A DNA stretch of 64,000 bases from Eledone cirrhosa (Eukaryota), in NCBI GenBank assembly GCA_964016885.1, contig OZ024746.1, forward strand, positions 51,460,001 through 51,524,000. Reading direction: 5' to 3'. Both the position numbers and the translations under genes were made by a program. Positions 11,961-26,486 of this stretch are shown here, one piece after another. The notes beneath the pieces were generated by a model, which had not been told where the DNA came from, made no database searches, and saw only the letters and a program-made list of their open reading frames with translations. Positions within the stretch are counted from its first letter, which is position 1. Each line of letters begins with the position of its first letter.

Positions 11961-12420
11961 TTCTTCTTCTTCTTCTTCTTCTTCTTCTTCTTCTTCTTCT
12001 TCTTCTTCTTCTTCACCCACTTATTCCTGAGAGGGTCGTGGGAGGCAGAGTTGTCAAACATTCCTTCCAGCGGGTCATGTCAGGAGCAACTGTCTCCAAT
12101 TGATCCGGCTGGATCCCTAAATGTGACCAGGCGAGCTCATGGATGTTATCTTGCTGAGGGTTTCCTAACGGTTGGTTTTGTTCGTAAAATTTCTCCAGAG
12201 ATTCTTTCCCCGAGACATTCTAACGACATGTCCGTAATATCGGATCTATGATCTCTCATTTCGGAGAAGTAACGGCTCTACCTGGAGCGACTCTCTGAAC
12301 TCTGAGCTACACACTCTATCGAATAACGTTACTCCAAAGACCCTTCGGAGGAACCCCTTTTCGGCCGCTTGTGTTCGCGATCTTATTCTTTCGGTCATTA
12401 GCCATAGGTATGGCTTGGTA
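11961..12420 (-). mobile_element. RTE-clade LINE 3' remnant with (GAA)n tail
   Basis: Minus-strand DNIHELAWSHLGIQPDQLETVAPDMTRWKE resembles RTE C-termini; homologous to 40062-40290; (CTT)n at 11961-12013. Confidence 0.7.
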
Positions 12421-13894
12421 TGATATCCTCTACAACTACCACTACCACCATCATCACCCTACCACTACCACCATTACCATCCCCATTATTGTCTACTTCT
12501 TCTTCAATGGTAGATATCAGATTCGATATTTAGTGATATTGAGGGTTATAAGTACTACCAGTCATGTATTGAGGTCGATTCTTCACAACTTGTCTATTCC
12601 CTGAATTTGTGGACTGGATTATGACAGAAATCACCTTTTTGTTGTTGCTATTATGTAACACCGAGTCAGTTGTGGTCCAGCACAGGGTGACTATAATTGC
12701 TGTTGTTATTGTTGTGTAGCCCTGAGTCAACTGTCATTCAGACCTGTGCTAACTCTTTCATTACCATATTTCTAATAAAATGTACTGCGTATGATTTTAA
12801 AAATAATTTTGAAACTAACCTTCTTCTTCTGGTGGTCGTATCGCTATCCGCCACCTGCGACCCGTTCTCTAGCAGAACAGCTCTGTCGAGAAGTATTACA
12901 ACTAACTTTCTAATTTTAAGTTTTTGTTTGGAGCATAACTTAACAAAGATTCTTAAATAAAATGACGATGGAAGTTTTTTTCTTGTTTTTTTTTTTTAGA
13001 TAAATATAAACACTTTAAAACAAACAGCTTTTTATCATAGAACCAGAGGTGGTTTGAGGCGAGTTGGGACCAAATGGGTTTTATCATCACTGTTGTTATT
13101 CTTATGTAGCATACGGCTGGATTAGCCATTAAGAAAAATAAGCACATGTTTAGGGCATCAAAGGAAGATAGGCACCATGTTATTCAGATTAAATGTATTT
13201 GTCATTCCTCACCAACATTTTTTGCAGACTTTATACATGGCGGTGTGCAGTGGGGGGTGGAGAGACACCATCATTCTTTTAAGTGTTTAGGGCTTTAGTG
13301 TAACTTAATCCGGCGCAGTTTTAGCCAAGGTTGTTGTTGTCATTGTTATTATTGCTATTGTTGTTGTTGATATATAGCCCCAGGTTAACAGTGCTCTCCA
13401 TCAGACCTTTGTTAATGTCGGCTATTTTCATTTTTGTTGTTGTTCTTGTGTCAGCTGTTGTCCAACACATACCGTGTTAAAGGTGATTGTGTGCCATTGT
13501 TACTGTCGTTATTGTCATAGCTCCAGGTCAGCTGTGGACCTACAGACCTATGTTAATGATGGCTATTGTCAATGTTGTCGTCGTCGTCGTCGGTGATGGT
13601 GATGGTGATGTTGTATAGCGCCAGGTCAACTGTGGTCAACTGTGGTCCAACAAACATCGTGTATAACTCTTAACATCCTGCAATGATTTAGGAGAAAACA
13701 TTCAAAAACAGATTTGTTAATTCAAATATTCATAGTAACTTTAGAAGACTGATGACTGAAAATTTACAGTAAACTAAAGTAAAAACTAATATGTAATGTG
13801 ATGCAGTTATAGTGATGTTTTGTAGATTTCAAGAATGCCTTGTCAGTGGTACAGGACATTAACAGTTAAAGTCCCTGTTGTCATTATAACTTAA

Positions 13895-14082
13895 GGGCGG
13901 TGGATTGGCAGTATCGGTAGAGGGTCGGACGTCATGCTTTGACGCACAGAGTTACGACCCTTTCCATTCTGAGTTCAAATCCCGCCGAGGTCAACTTTGC
14001 CTTTCATCCTTACGGGGGTCGATAAAATAAAGTACCAGTAATGTACTGGGTAATTGCTGGCTTTGTGCCAAAAGTAGAAACA
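13895..14082 (+). mobile_element. Full-length tRNA-derived SINE with TSD
   Basis: A/B boxes and conserved body; attata(a/t)cttaag on both sides. Confidence 0.9.
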
Positions 14083-14411
14083 ATTATATCTTAAGTGATC
14101 GTTTGATGACAGTTAGGAGTGTGTGAATTTAGTGAGATTTTGCTGCAATTTCTTTCAAATGAAACAACCACGTAGATGGATCCTTTAGTTATGATTGTCG
14201 TTGTTATAAAACACATAAAGAGCAGGTTGACTAGAATGGTGTCGGATATTAGTTGTGATAGTGTAGTCACAGAGAGTTCCTTGTTTTGTAGAAAATCTTT
14301 GGTTTTCGAAGGAGAAAATACATCAACAACAACAGCAAAGACAACGACGATGATAACAACAATAACAATAGCTGGAACAATAACTACAACAATATAAATG
14401 ATAACAACATT

Positions 14412-14685
14412 AATAATAGTTTCTTATATAGGCACAAGACCAGCAATTTTTTGGGAAGGGAAAGTCGATTAAATCGACCTCAGTGTGTGACTGGTACTTT
14501 ATTTTATCGACCCCGTAAGTATGAAAGACCAAGTTAACCTCGGCGGGATTTGAACTCAGATCATAAACAACAACTTTAATAATTGTTTCTATTTTTGGCA
14601 CAAGGCCAGCAATTACTCAGTACATTACTGGTACTTTATTTTATCGACCCCCGTAAGAATGAAAGGCAAAGTTAACGTCGGCTTG
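14412..14685 (-). mobile_element. Two partial SINE copies
   Basis: Reverse complements of SINE body and tail (ggtactttattttatcgacccc twice). Confidence 0.85.
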
Positions 14686-14818
14686 ATTTATGAAAGGGCT
14701 TTAAATAAGAAACATCATATTATTGTGACTATACTATGTATAGATGCATACACACACACACACACATATATATGCGTGTGTGTATGTTTATGGGTATGTG
14801 TTATATATATATATATAT

Positions 14819-15004
14819 GAAAATGTATGACCCCGACGGCAGAGCTCAAGCCGTTTCGACGGCTATTTCTGGTAATAGCCGTCGAAACGGCTTGAGTTCT
14901 GCCGTCGGGGTCATACATTTTCCTATTACCCACTCTACTACCCTAAGTATTGAGTACTCTGGTGCGTTATGGTCCATCTGGTTCCTTACCACATTTCCTT
15001 CGTT
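14819..15004. mobile_element. Family A fold-back insertion (short arm + long arm)
   Basis: Near-perfect hairpin 14819-14922 turning at ggctatttctggtaatagcc; long terminus ...ccttcgtt at 15004. Confidence 0.85.
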
Positions 15005-15420
15005 ATATATATATACATACAAAACAATACCGGTAGTAGGCTTGAAACATGGGTAAACTACTACTACTACTACTACCACAAGTAGTAGTAGCAGCAGCAG
15101 CAACACATGTGCGACTTTGCTTGACAACCAGTAACGCCTCCATTCCGTGGCTGCACAGTACACACACACACACACACAAGCACCCTACCCTGCCCTCCAT
15201 CTCCACCACCACCAACACCACAATCCTCGAATCACCCTACTACACCCCTGTGTAAATTGAATCTACCCCTTCCGCTACCCTAACAACATCCACCTGACAT
15301 CACACACGCTAACCTACCCTACTCTCACACCCCACTAACAAGCATGGATTACATACAACGAACGTATCTATCTATCTATCTATCTATCTAGCTGTTTGTG
15401 TGTGCCTGTCTATTTGTATG

Positions 15421-15511
<91 letters not shown>

Positions 15512-15711
15512 ATATATATATAGAGAGAGGGGGAGAATGATATATATATATGTGTGTGTGTATGTGTAGGTATCAACAAACACACATAGATTTATGTGTG
15601 TTTATATTGCACACAAACAAACACTAACACAATACTTTAAAGTAAAACACAAACACACACATATGTGTGTGTGTATATATCTATATGTCTGTATATCTAT
15701 CTCTGTGTGTG

Positions 15712-15739
<28 letters not shown>

Positions 15740-15742
<3 letters not shown>

Positions 15743-15867
15743 CAGAGAGAGAGACTCATCCCTACACACACACGTACACACATATATGTGTGTATGTATA
15801 TATATATATTAATACATATATATACAGAGAGAGGGGGGACTCATCCCTACACATACGTACACACATA

Positions 15868-15931
<64 letters not shown>

Positions 15932-16115
15932 GAGAGGGGCGGACTCATCCCTACACACTCGTACATTCACATATATGTGAATATATATATATATATACAG
16001 AGAGAGAGGGGGGAGGAGACTCATCCCTACGTACACACACATTCACATATATGTGTGTATATATATATACAGAGAGAGGGGGGACTCATCCTTACGTACA
16101 CACACATACATACTC
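15740..16115 (+). repeat. Compound tandem repeat, 5 units of ~60-105 bp
   Basis: acagagagaggg..gactcatcc(c/t)tac recurs five times, separated by variable CA/TA tracts. Confidence 0.85.
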
Positions 16116-16379
16116 AGTGACAGGTGGACTTGTTTAATTAGATTTAAATATAAGTGTCGCTATGTACGTATGTATGTATATGTATATGTGTGTACATGTA
16201 TGTATGTGTGAGCTATCTTTCTCTGTGTTTATTTGTATATGTGAGAGCGTGTGCTATCTTTATTTGTGTGTGTTCGTGAGGCATGTAGTTTTTTTATATT
16301 AAGCTAGTGTGGGGGAGGGACAGTGCCCATGGCCTTCACAGGCCCTCCGAGACCGGTATGTGTAGTGTGTGTGTGTGGT

Positions 16380-16915
16380 ATGTATGTACGTTTGTATGTA
16401 TATATGTATGTACGTATGTAGGTACTATGTATGTATGTACTTACGTCTGTCTGTCTATATGTATGTACGTAAGTTTGTATGTATGTACGTACGTATGTAT
16501 GTAGGTACTATGTATGTATATATGTATGTACGTACGTATGTATGTACGTACTTACGTTTGTGTATGTATGTATGTTCGTACTTACGTGTCTATGTATGTA
16601 TGTCTGTATCTCCGTACTTACGTGTGTGTATGTCTGTATGTTCGTACTTACGTGTGTGTATGTCTGTATGTCTGTACGTACTTACGTGTGTGTGCATGTA
16701 TGGTGTGTATGTATATAATGTCTGTATGTACGTACTTACGTGTGTGTGTGTATGTCTGTATGTTCGTACTTACGTGTGTGTATGTGCGTATCTATGTTCG
16801 TACTTACGTGTGTGTATGTGTGTATGTATGTACTTACGTATGTTCGTACTTACGTGTGTGTGTGTGTATGTATGTATGTCTGTATGTACGTACTTACGTG
16901 TGTGTGTAAGTATGT
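16380..16915 (+). repeat. ~30-bp minisatellite
   Basis: Recurrent tatgt(t/a)cgtacttacgtgtgtgtatgtctg. Confidence 0.85.
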
Positions 16916-18078
16916 ATAGCTAGTATCCGCATGCTTGTGTGTATCTATATGGTTTTCTTAAAAGGAATTGTAAGAAAAAGCTATCTAATGTCACTCTCAA
17001 CTCACGCCCGTCACATGGCAGTACTAGGGCCATCACAACAATAAAACGCACATTAGGTTATGTTCCACTAGAAAATCACAATATCTGGAAGAAAGGAAAT
17101 CATGGTACGGTCAAGACTGAACCCCTCCCCTACTACCAACACCACCGCCACCACCACCACTTTGATTAGGGGGTCAGCTTGACGAGAAGGGAGTTAAGTA
17201 TGAAAGTAGATAGGCGTGAACGTAAATAAAATCATAAGAAAAAAGCCACAAAAGTGTGACCTTTGCACGGTAAATATCGGTCACTCTCCGACAGGTTTGC
17301 TGTCGAGCCCGTGGCAATGGAGATTTCTAGTGTCCTTAGCCTTAGAGCCACCCACTTGCTCACCACCCTTGGCATGGAATTGGCTACCCGCAGGTGTGAG
17401 CCTCGCGAGCTGGAATAGCTCTTTCCATATATATGATTCACGGACACACATTCATGCCTTGCCCCTAATAAACACATTCGTAGTATAAGAAAAACAAATG
17501 TAAACAAAAGGGTTAGGGTTAGGATTAAACCGGAATTTTAAGTATTTTCAATACCCCACTCTTATATTTTTCTAATATATATGTTTCCACTCTTTTAAAT
17601 GAACTATATTTTTATTTAAATATTATGTGACATCTCCCGTAACTTTTTCTGTGACTCTTTTTCCTGAATGCAAACTGTGGCTACCTCCATCACAACCACC
17701 AACTATTCAATCCGGAACCCGGTTTGAGACAACCACCTGGCCCTAGGGTGTCTTAAATGGAGTCCATTCTGTTGCAAACATTAGTACAATATCTTCGCTT
17801 TGGGGAAATAATAACGTCCTCCCAACTTCCTACTAGTCTGGGAGAACCTAAAAAATGTTATGGGTTCTGCCTTTCCTTCCCTGACTAAACGGGGACACAA
17901 CAACTATGACAACAAAGACGACCTCCAAGAAGCTCTTAATCCCACCCACTTTCTTTCTTCTCGTGACTTAAGCTCACTTTTCGACCGAACCTGAAAGCGA
18001 AACCGAAATATCATCGAGACTATCAACCCACCCACCTCATGTCAGCCACTTCCACTTAACTTTCACGATATTTACACG

Positions 18079-18145
<67 letters not shown>

Positions 18146-18363
18146 CTCCTCTCCACCTATCTCTAGTTTTATATTTATATTTATCTCTGTCTTGTTCTCC
18201 CCGCCCTCTCTCTCTCAGTCATTCTCTTTATTTTTCTCTGTCATTCTCGTTTTCCTTGTCAAGTGATACTCGAACAACAATCAGTGCATGTGATTAAATA
18301 GTTTATTTACAAAATCTATAACACTTTCATACTACAGTATCTCGGAGCAATAATTCTAATATA

Positions 18364-18558
18364 CAGGGAGGGCCAGAATTCATGACCCACTTGATTATTT
18401 ATTGATCTATTATCTATTATTTATAGATCTGTTTTAGCAAATAATCTCACACATTGAACATGTTTAAGATATAAAATAATAAATTAAAACAACACAATAA
18501 TAAAATAAGCATGTTAAGAAATAACTAACAAGCGAGTCAGGAATTCTGGCCCACCCTG
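18364..18558. mobile_element. Tc1/mariner-superfamily MITE
   Basis: ~30-bp TIRs cagggagggccagaattcatgacccacttg / caagcgagtcaggaattctggcccaccctg with TA on both sides. Confidence 0.8.
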
Positions 18559-18818
18559 TATATATACACAGCGCTCTTAGTATGTTACTGGGACAGCTGT
18601 AATATAATCAAAGCTTTAAATACCTACAGTGAGATTATATATATGTTTATATGTGTGTATATGTATATATGTATTATACATAAACATAATGTATGTGACT
18701 CCATATTCTCCTTTATTATGATTAAACCTTGCTTGAAATGATTTCAAAAAATTCTCTCACACATATACATTCACACACGTTCACACATATACACACACAA
18801 CATGGGCGTGATAACATG

Positions 18819-18854
<36 letters not shown>

Positions 18855-19338
18855 GGAAGTTGTGTGTTGCATCTGTCGTCAGAGTTCACAAGTGACATCT
18901 GATCTCCGCCCAGAAGTGGTGTGTGACGTTTCTCTCAATACGGTTCATATGTGACTATCACTATCGTCATAACTATCGTTCTACACCATCATTACTATCA
19001 CTACTGCTATCACACACTACTAACACCACCGTTACTATCATCACCGCTATCATGCATTACCAGCACCATTACTACCACAGCTACCACCACTATGGCAACA
19101 ACAACAACACCACCTACACTAATAACATCACTACGAACTACAACAACTGAACGTTGGATTCGACGATGAGTGTTGGATCAGCGAAATACCCTGCTCGATA
19201 AAGTAACGAGCAAGTGGGGCTGAGAATTCTGTAGATACGTTATAATTATATATAGCTACCGAGGAGACTGAGCGTAAGAGTGTGTGACAAGGTTGACTGT
19301 CTATAGTACAGGTACAATCCAACTTGAAGTAATATAAT

Positions 19339-19490
19339 CAGACCTTCCAAACTCTAAGAACCCAAACGGAGAGTGCCTCAAAATGGGGAGAAATGAGGCA
19401 AAATGGAGAGATTTTACATAATGAAAGCTATATCCATTTTCACAAAAATGAGGAGATCTCCCCGTCCGACGGGGAGAGTTGACAGGTCTA
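19339..19490. mobile_element. Small MITE (possibly hAT-like)
   Basis: agaccttccaaactct / agagttgacaggtct imperfect TIRs; ataat flanks both ends. Confidence 0.5.
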
Positions 19491-20830
19491 ATAATGCATA
19501 TGGTTGATTATTCCATAGACATGTGTACCCTTAACGTTATTTGGAAATACAAAATACTGTCCATCCGACAGATGTCTAAATAGTTTCAGTCTACTCAGTT
19601 TCACTCACAAAGCTTGGGTCGTCCCGATGCATTGGTAAATAATTGTTTCTATTTTTGGCACAAGGCCAGCAATTACCCAGTGCATTACATTGGTAAATAA
19701 TACTTATCCAACATGCCACATAGTGGGATTGAACGCATGACATAATGATTACAGAGCAAACGTCTCAACTATTCAGATATGCTGCGTCCACGAGTAACAC
19801 ACAAGAACGTTTCTCTCATATAATACCCCATTGTCTTGAATATGGAAATCCCATATTAGATAACATGCACAGTAGTTTTAAAGCGAGCTTCGAAACCAAA
19901 TGAAATCTGCTTTCCATACCCCTCTCTGTTGGCTAGTATGTATTCTACTGTAGCCACAGTTTACAAACGAAAACATTCTTGTTTAGAGATCGTCAGGAGC
20001 TGGCATTTTATCTTAAACCATATTTTTGTATTTATAAAATAATAATTGGCCCAAAACCAGTACCCTCACCACTATAGGCAAATCAAGACATTTGGTTTAT
20101 AAAGAAAAAAGTAATCAAATAATCTTATATTGAACATAAAAACCAGCCTCAGAAACGGACACACTGCACACATGGGGTATGATTTACATTTGGGGTCTAT
20201 TTTAATTATGTAAGCATAACCCTGTAACCATCGTCCTTTTGTGAATATAGCTATAGAGTTATGATTACATACTTAGAATAGATCACATTTATTTGTACTA
20301 TTTCATTATCATTTTCTTAATGTAATACCATGTTTAAAAGACCAGCAGAAGGGCAATATGTTAGTGAAAAACCACAAAGGAAACAGTTTGCGCTCTGTAG
20401 AATTACTTATAAAAATGTTATGTAAATTGACAAAGATCAAACAGACATTGCTTTAGAAGAGCAACCGTTATATTCAATGTCGTTCTTCACTTTAATTTTC
20501 ATTGTTTATTTTGTATATTAAGTATTACTGTACTTTAAAGGAGTTACATTTCCATCAAGTAGACGTAAGACACATAAAGATTGTATCTTATGTGACGATC
20601 GTAAAATAAAAGGAATTGAATGATTAGTATCTTTATACATCCTTTTTTAAAATTGTATTTGAGTAAATTGAAAAGTGTAACATGTTACGAAAATAAATGA
20701 AAAAAGAAAACCAAGAAACTCAGTATGAGAGGCGTACTATTTACAGATTTTTATTTTCTAGCATTTAGTTTTATCTTATTTTGCATCAGCGTTATAACGA
20801 AATAAGAACGTTAAACAACACGATGTTAAA

Positions 20831-20915
<85 letters not shown>

Positions 20916-20932
20916 ATGTGTGTGTGTGTGTG

Positions 20933-21002
<70 letters not shown>

Positions 21003-21007
<5 letters not shown>

Positions 21008-21072
21008 ATAATAAATTTGAAGACTAGAATCCAAAGAGGGCTCGAAATATTTACTTCTGCGTTCACAGATTG
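21003..21072. mobile_element. Family C miniature fold-back insertion
   Basis: Terminal arm 21003-21045 joined to gaaatatttacttctgcgttcacagattga, the reverse complement of 1252-1281; TA runs both sides. Confidence 0.65.
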
Positions 21073-21137
21073 ATATATATATATATATATATGAAAAAGA
21101 ACACAAGAGCGTCTACAACATCAAAAGATTTTTATTG

Positions 21138-21182
21138 GCTTACAATGTTTCTTCCTTACGTAACCGTAGGATTCGTCAGAGC
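21138..21182 (-). ncRNA. Hammerhead ribozyme (family E, left arm)
   Basis: GCU-CUGACGA-AUCCU...AGGAA-GAAA-CAUUG-UA-AGC. Confidence 0.75.
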
Positions 21183-22384
21183 TATAAAAGGGGTTTGATT
21201 GGTGTTATGGACTCTACCAACCAAACATTCAAGAACAAAGAGTAAAGAGAGTAAAGAGCAAAAGAAGGGGACGATAAGTCTAATTTTGGTGCGGGAGGGT
21301 GGGGTGTGGGTCCTTGTTTACTAGCTGCGGTCATATTCATTCCCGGGAGTCGGGTGGTTAGCTGAACCATAGATGGGGTGGCGTCGATAGTATGGTGCAG
21401 AGGGTGCGCAGAGGCTACACAAACACAAAGGGCGTACAATATATATATATAGCGGAGGAGAAAGTACATGAGGTAATTAGAAATGGAAAAAGAGTAATAA
21501 TAATAATCTATAATTAATAGTGTATGGGGAAGATTACACTATAATAAGGTATAAAAGTAAGAATAAGGTAAAATATAAAGGAGGATAAAAGTGGAAATAA
21601 TAAAGATTAAAAAAATGTATAGAGAATATATAAAGAAATATAAGCGAATATTTGGAGGGGAAAACACAATGTAAAAAAACCGATTTTTTCAAATAATAAT
21701 AAAAATATAATAATTATGGGGGGAGAAAACGGGATAGAGAAATATGATGGAAAACCATACTCCATATATTGAACCAATTGATTGATTTGTGCGACCAAAA
21801 TAACACCAAACACATATTGAACTAGGAATATTGGATCCTCCGTCAATGTCCGGGTGAGCAAAAATAGATTTCTATCTGCATTGGAATTTACAAACTTGTG
21901 CATCTGCTGTGGTGTCAAAAACAAACGCGCATGACCGCACAAATAAACAATGGACCATGCCACGTGGCTTGAACCCGTAAGTGAATTGAAGGTTCTGCAA
22001 CTCTGATACACAGATTATTTATTATTAAGATGTATAAACTTGACATAACTATTATCATCTTATATTCTCTCAACTAATCACACTTGATCATATTTCTCTA
22101 TCCCGTTTTCTCCCCCCATAATTATAATATTTTTATTATTATTTGAAAAAAATCGGTTTTTTTACATTGTGTTTTCCCCTCCAAATATTCGCTTATATTT
22201 CTTTATATATTCTCTATACATTTTTTTTTATCTTTATTATTTCCACTTTTATCCTCCTTTATATTTTACCTTATTCTTACTTTTATACCTTATTATAGTG
22301 TAATCTTCCCCATACACTATTAATTATAGATTATTATTATTACTCTTTTTCCATTTCTAATTACCTCATGTACTTTCTCCTCCG

Positions 22385-22801
<417 letters not shown>

Positions 22802-23054
22802 ACGCCTTTTGTGTTTGAGTAGCCTCTGCGCACCCTCTGCACCATACTATCGACGCCACCCCATCTATGGTTCAGCTAACCACCCGACTCCCGGGAATGA
22901 ATATGACCGCAGCTAGTAAACAAGGACCCACACCCCACCCTCCCGCACCAAAATTAGACTTATCGTCCCCTACTTTTGCTCTTTACTCTCTTTACTCTTT
23001 GTTCTTGAATGTTTGGTTGGTAGAGTCCATAACACCAATCAAACCCCTTTTATA

Positions 23055-23099
23055 GCTCTGACGAATCCTACGGTTACGCAAGGAAGAAACATTGTAAGC
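23055..23099 (+). ncRNA. Hammerhead ribozyme (family E, right arm)
   Basis: gctctgacgaatcctacggttacgcaaggaagaaacattgtaagc. Confidence 0.75.
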
Positions 23100-23242
23100 C
23101 AATAAAAATCTTTTGATGTTGTAGACGCTCTTGTGTTCTTTTTCATATATACGGCTCTGCTCCAAAGCATAGAGCTAATTATTATGCTGCCAATACCTTA
23201 ATGGGACACGGGTATACAACACCTAACTCCTATTAACCTATG

Positions 23243-23287
<45 letters not shown>

Positions 23288-23474
23288 ACATATATAACAC
23301 CGCGGACCTCTTTGAGGTCAAATACCAATCCTACTAGCATCTACAAACTGACCAATGAGAATTAAGATTATTCCTGCTGACAACATTAAATTATCCATAA
23401 CAAGCTCATATGTCCCAAGGCTCTAAAACCATCAGCACCAAAATCCCAGAGCTGGCATATCTAAGAACTTACTA

Positions 23475-23530
23475 ACTGCCTGATGAGGTCATAGCCATAC
23501 GATGGCTATCATCGAAATATATATAGCAGT
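23475..23530 (+). ncRNA. Well-formed type I hammerhead ribozyme (family F)
   Basis: ACUGC-CUGAUGA-GGUC-AUAGCCAU(ACG)AUGGCUAU-CAUC-GAAA-UAUAUA-UA-GCAGU; perfect 5-bp stem I; AATAAA follows; element ends in (TA)n at ~23576. Confidence 0.9.
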
Positions 23531-23571
23531 AAATAAAGGGTTATGAGTTCATGCAATTGACTTATGTTTCG

Positions 23572-23610
<39 letters not shown>

Positions 23611-23613
<3 letters not shown>

Positions 23614-24189
23614 AAAGGTAAACAGAAATAACAACACAATCGGTACAGTATATGGACGGGATATATTAGGTTAACGCTTGATATAGCAGGAAGAGAGTCT
23701 TAACGTTTCAGACGCTATTCCTTCATCAGAAGAAAGAATGAGAAATAAGATAGATTGAGAGGATGGGCGAGTTGGAATTGGAAAAAATGTCTTTAGATAA
23801 AAATAACAAGTCCATTCATGTTGACATCTCTTGCAAAATATATATGAGTGCGTGTGTGTGTGTACAATAAAGATTTGGTTGACTTATGAAACATTTGGAA
23901 ATCTAGACGACATCCCTATCACCTCTGTGCCGTTTCCAGGAATACTTTAACCGATCTAGTCTACTATTATCTATAGCTTCCAAGAGATGTCAACATGAAT
24001 GGATCTGTTATTTTTATCTAAAGACATTTTTTCCAATCCCACCCAGCCCGTCCCTTCAATCTATCTTATTTATCATTTTTTTCTTCTGATGAAGGACTAG
24101 TGTCCGAAACGTTAAGACCCTCTCTTTCAGCGTTAACCTAATATATTCCTTCCATATACTGATTGTGTTGTTATTTCTGTTTACCTTTT

Positions 24190-24190
<1 letters not shown>
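23611..24190. mobile_element. Family G fold-back insertion (arms 23611-23833 and 23981-24190)
   Basis: Diverged reverse-complement arms; hammerheads at 23698-23733 (-) and 24082-24117 (+). Confidence 0.85.
24082..24117 (+). ncRNA. Minimal hammerhead ribozyme (family G)
   Basis: UCUU-CUGAUGA-A-GGAC(UAGU)GUCC-GAAA-CG-UU-AAGA; palindromic AACGUU stem III. Confidence 0.9.
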
Positions 24191-24221
<31 letters not shown>

Positions 24222-24290
24222 TATATATATATATATATAATAAATATTTATCTTCTTTAGTGTACACACACACAAACACACCGACACGCA

Positions 24291-24353
<63 letters not shown>

Positions 24354-24537
24354 AGATAAATCTACCAAAATATACAGTAGTGTCCAATCCGAATGAAGAA
24401 CTCAATGTAATTCAAATATCATGAAAGAGAAGATGTATTCAAAATTTTTTCGATGAAAAACACAGGAAAACAGAGTCAAGATAAATTAATAAAAACAATG
24501 AATAGAAACAAAGAAACAGTTCCTTATATTAAAAAAT

Positions 24538-24677
24538 TCATCATTTTACGATCGTTTCTAGGATATATATATGTGTGTGTTGGTATGTATATCATATAGA
24601 TCTATGTAAAAGTTTTACAAACTATCAGAGGGAATATACATACCTACACATATATATGCTGTCTTCAGAAATAATGA
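24538..24677 (-). ncRNA. Extended-stem-II hammerhead (family H, left arm)
   Basis: Reverse complement of 26487-26624. Confidence 0.8.
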
Positions 24678-25354
24678 TATTTGTTTATTGAAAAACCCAA
24701 CAAAGATTTAATATAATAGGTCTGTTTGGGAACAGGTTTTGAATTGACCAATAGAAAAGTAGTAAGTGGTCAAGTTGATAGAATAGTAGTAGTAGAAATT
24801 TAATTTAGGGGTAGAGGAATGCAGACTTCAGTTTTGAATGGAAAGAGTATTTTGAATGAAAAGATTACTTTGGTGATGAAAATAGGTCAAGCCGGTGAAA
24901 GGTACACGAACATTTGATGTGATTAAAGAATAATGCTAATGTTAAAATCTAAGGAGAATAAAATTTTACTATAAATGTGTTAGTGAAAAATATCAATCTT
25001 ATTTAAAACATAAGGAATATAGATCTATAAAAAGAAATTAAATTAATTTAATTGATAGGTATATTAATAGGGATAAAATTATATTAATTCATATAGATAT
25101 GATAAATAAGAGTTAGATGTTATTAAAGAATGTTGTTAAAAACGAAGGAAAACATTTTTTTTTTTGTGGGGGATAAATGTATTAGTGAGAAATAACAAAC
25201 TTATATAGATTATAGGGAATTTAGATTCATAACAGGAAATTAAAATAGTTTATATGTATACTTATTGGTATAAATTTTAGGAAAAGGTAGCTGTAAAAGG
25301 GAAATAAAATTATGTAGTTCATAGTAGTAGAATATTAATTATAGGTTAACTAAT

Positions 25355-25630
25355 TTAAAAAAAATAATTATAATAATATTTGAAAGTTTTTCTAATTCTA
25401 TGATTGCATGATATCATTAATTCTTGTCGCTTATTTAATAGGATATCCTTAGATTTCATTATTTCAAAAGGTTCCTGGGAACATAATCTACATTCATATC
25501 TACTATTTTGATAAGGGGTGGCCCTTTTGAGCACACTCCAGGTCAAGTTATAATCGATATTCGTTTTTCTATAATTATTAATTATTTCAGCTAAGGATGT
25601 TGTATTAGCTAATGTGGCACTTTTAATGTA
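25355..25630 (-). pseudogene. C-terminal part of a PLE GIY-YIG endonuclease
   Basis: ANTTSLAEII...YNLTWSVLKRATPY...CRLCSQE...LLNKRQELMISCNH matches the T.LS...W.IL..A..Y...CxLCxxE...LNKRxEL...CxH tail of a PLE lineage. Confidence 0.8.
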
Positions 25631-26486
25631 GATGAATGTAGATTATGTTCCCAGGAACTTTTTGAAATAATGAAATCTGAGGATATCCTATTAAATAAGC
25701 GACAAGAATTAATTATATCATGCAATCATAGAATTAGAAAAACTTTCAAATATTATAAACCTAATTAATATACACTTATATTTTACAAATTATTATAATT
25801 ATTTTTTTAAAATTAGTTAACCTATAATTAATATTCTACTACTAAGAACTACATAATTTTATTTCCCTTTTACAGCTATCTTTTCCTAAAATTTATACCA
25901 ATAAGTATACATATAAACTATTTTAATTTCCTGTTATGAATCTAAATTCCCTACAATCTATATAAGTTTGTTATTTCTCACTAATACATTTATCCCCCCC
26001 CCCCCAATTTTTTCTTCTTCGTTTTTAACAACATTCTTTAATAACATCTAACTTTTATTTATCATATCTATATGAATTAATATAATTTTATCCCTATAAA
26101 TATACCTATCAATTAAATTAATTTAATTTCGTTTTATAGATCTATATTCCTTATGTTTTAAATAAGATTGATATTTTTCACTAACACATTTATAGTAAAA
26201 AGTTATTCTCCTTAGATTTTAACATTAGCATTATTCTTTAATAACATCAAATGTTCGTGTACCTTTCACCGGCTTGACCTATTTTTATCCCCAAAGTAAT
26301 CTTTCCATTCAAAATACTCTTTCCATTCAAAACTGAAGTCCGCATTCCTCTACCCCTAAATTAAATTTCTACTACTACTATTCTATCAACTTGACCACTT
26401 ACTACTTTTCTATTGGTCAGTTCAAAACCTGTTCCCAAACAGACCTATTATATTAAATCTTTGTTGGTTTTTTCAATAAACAAATA

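Noticed and set aside
16968-17525. Possible solo LTR and adjacent gggttagggttagg telomere-like motif
   Set aside because: No matching TSD around a TG...CA pair, and only about two telomeric units
19150-19320. gacgatgagtgtt...gaaa motif, also at ~49972, as a hammerhead
   Set aside because: Core lacks CUGA in both copies; better treated as a decayed interspersed repeat
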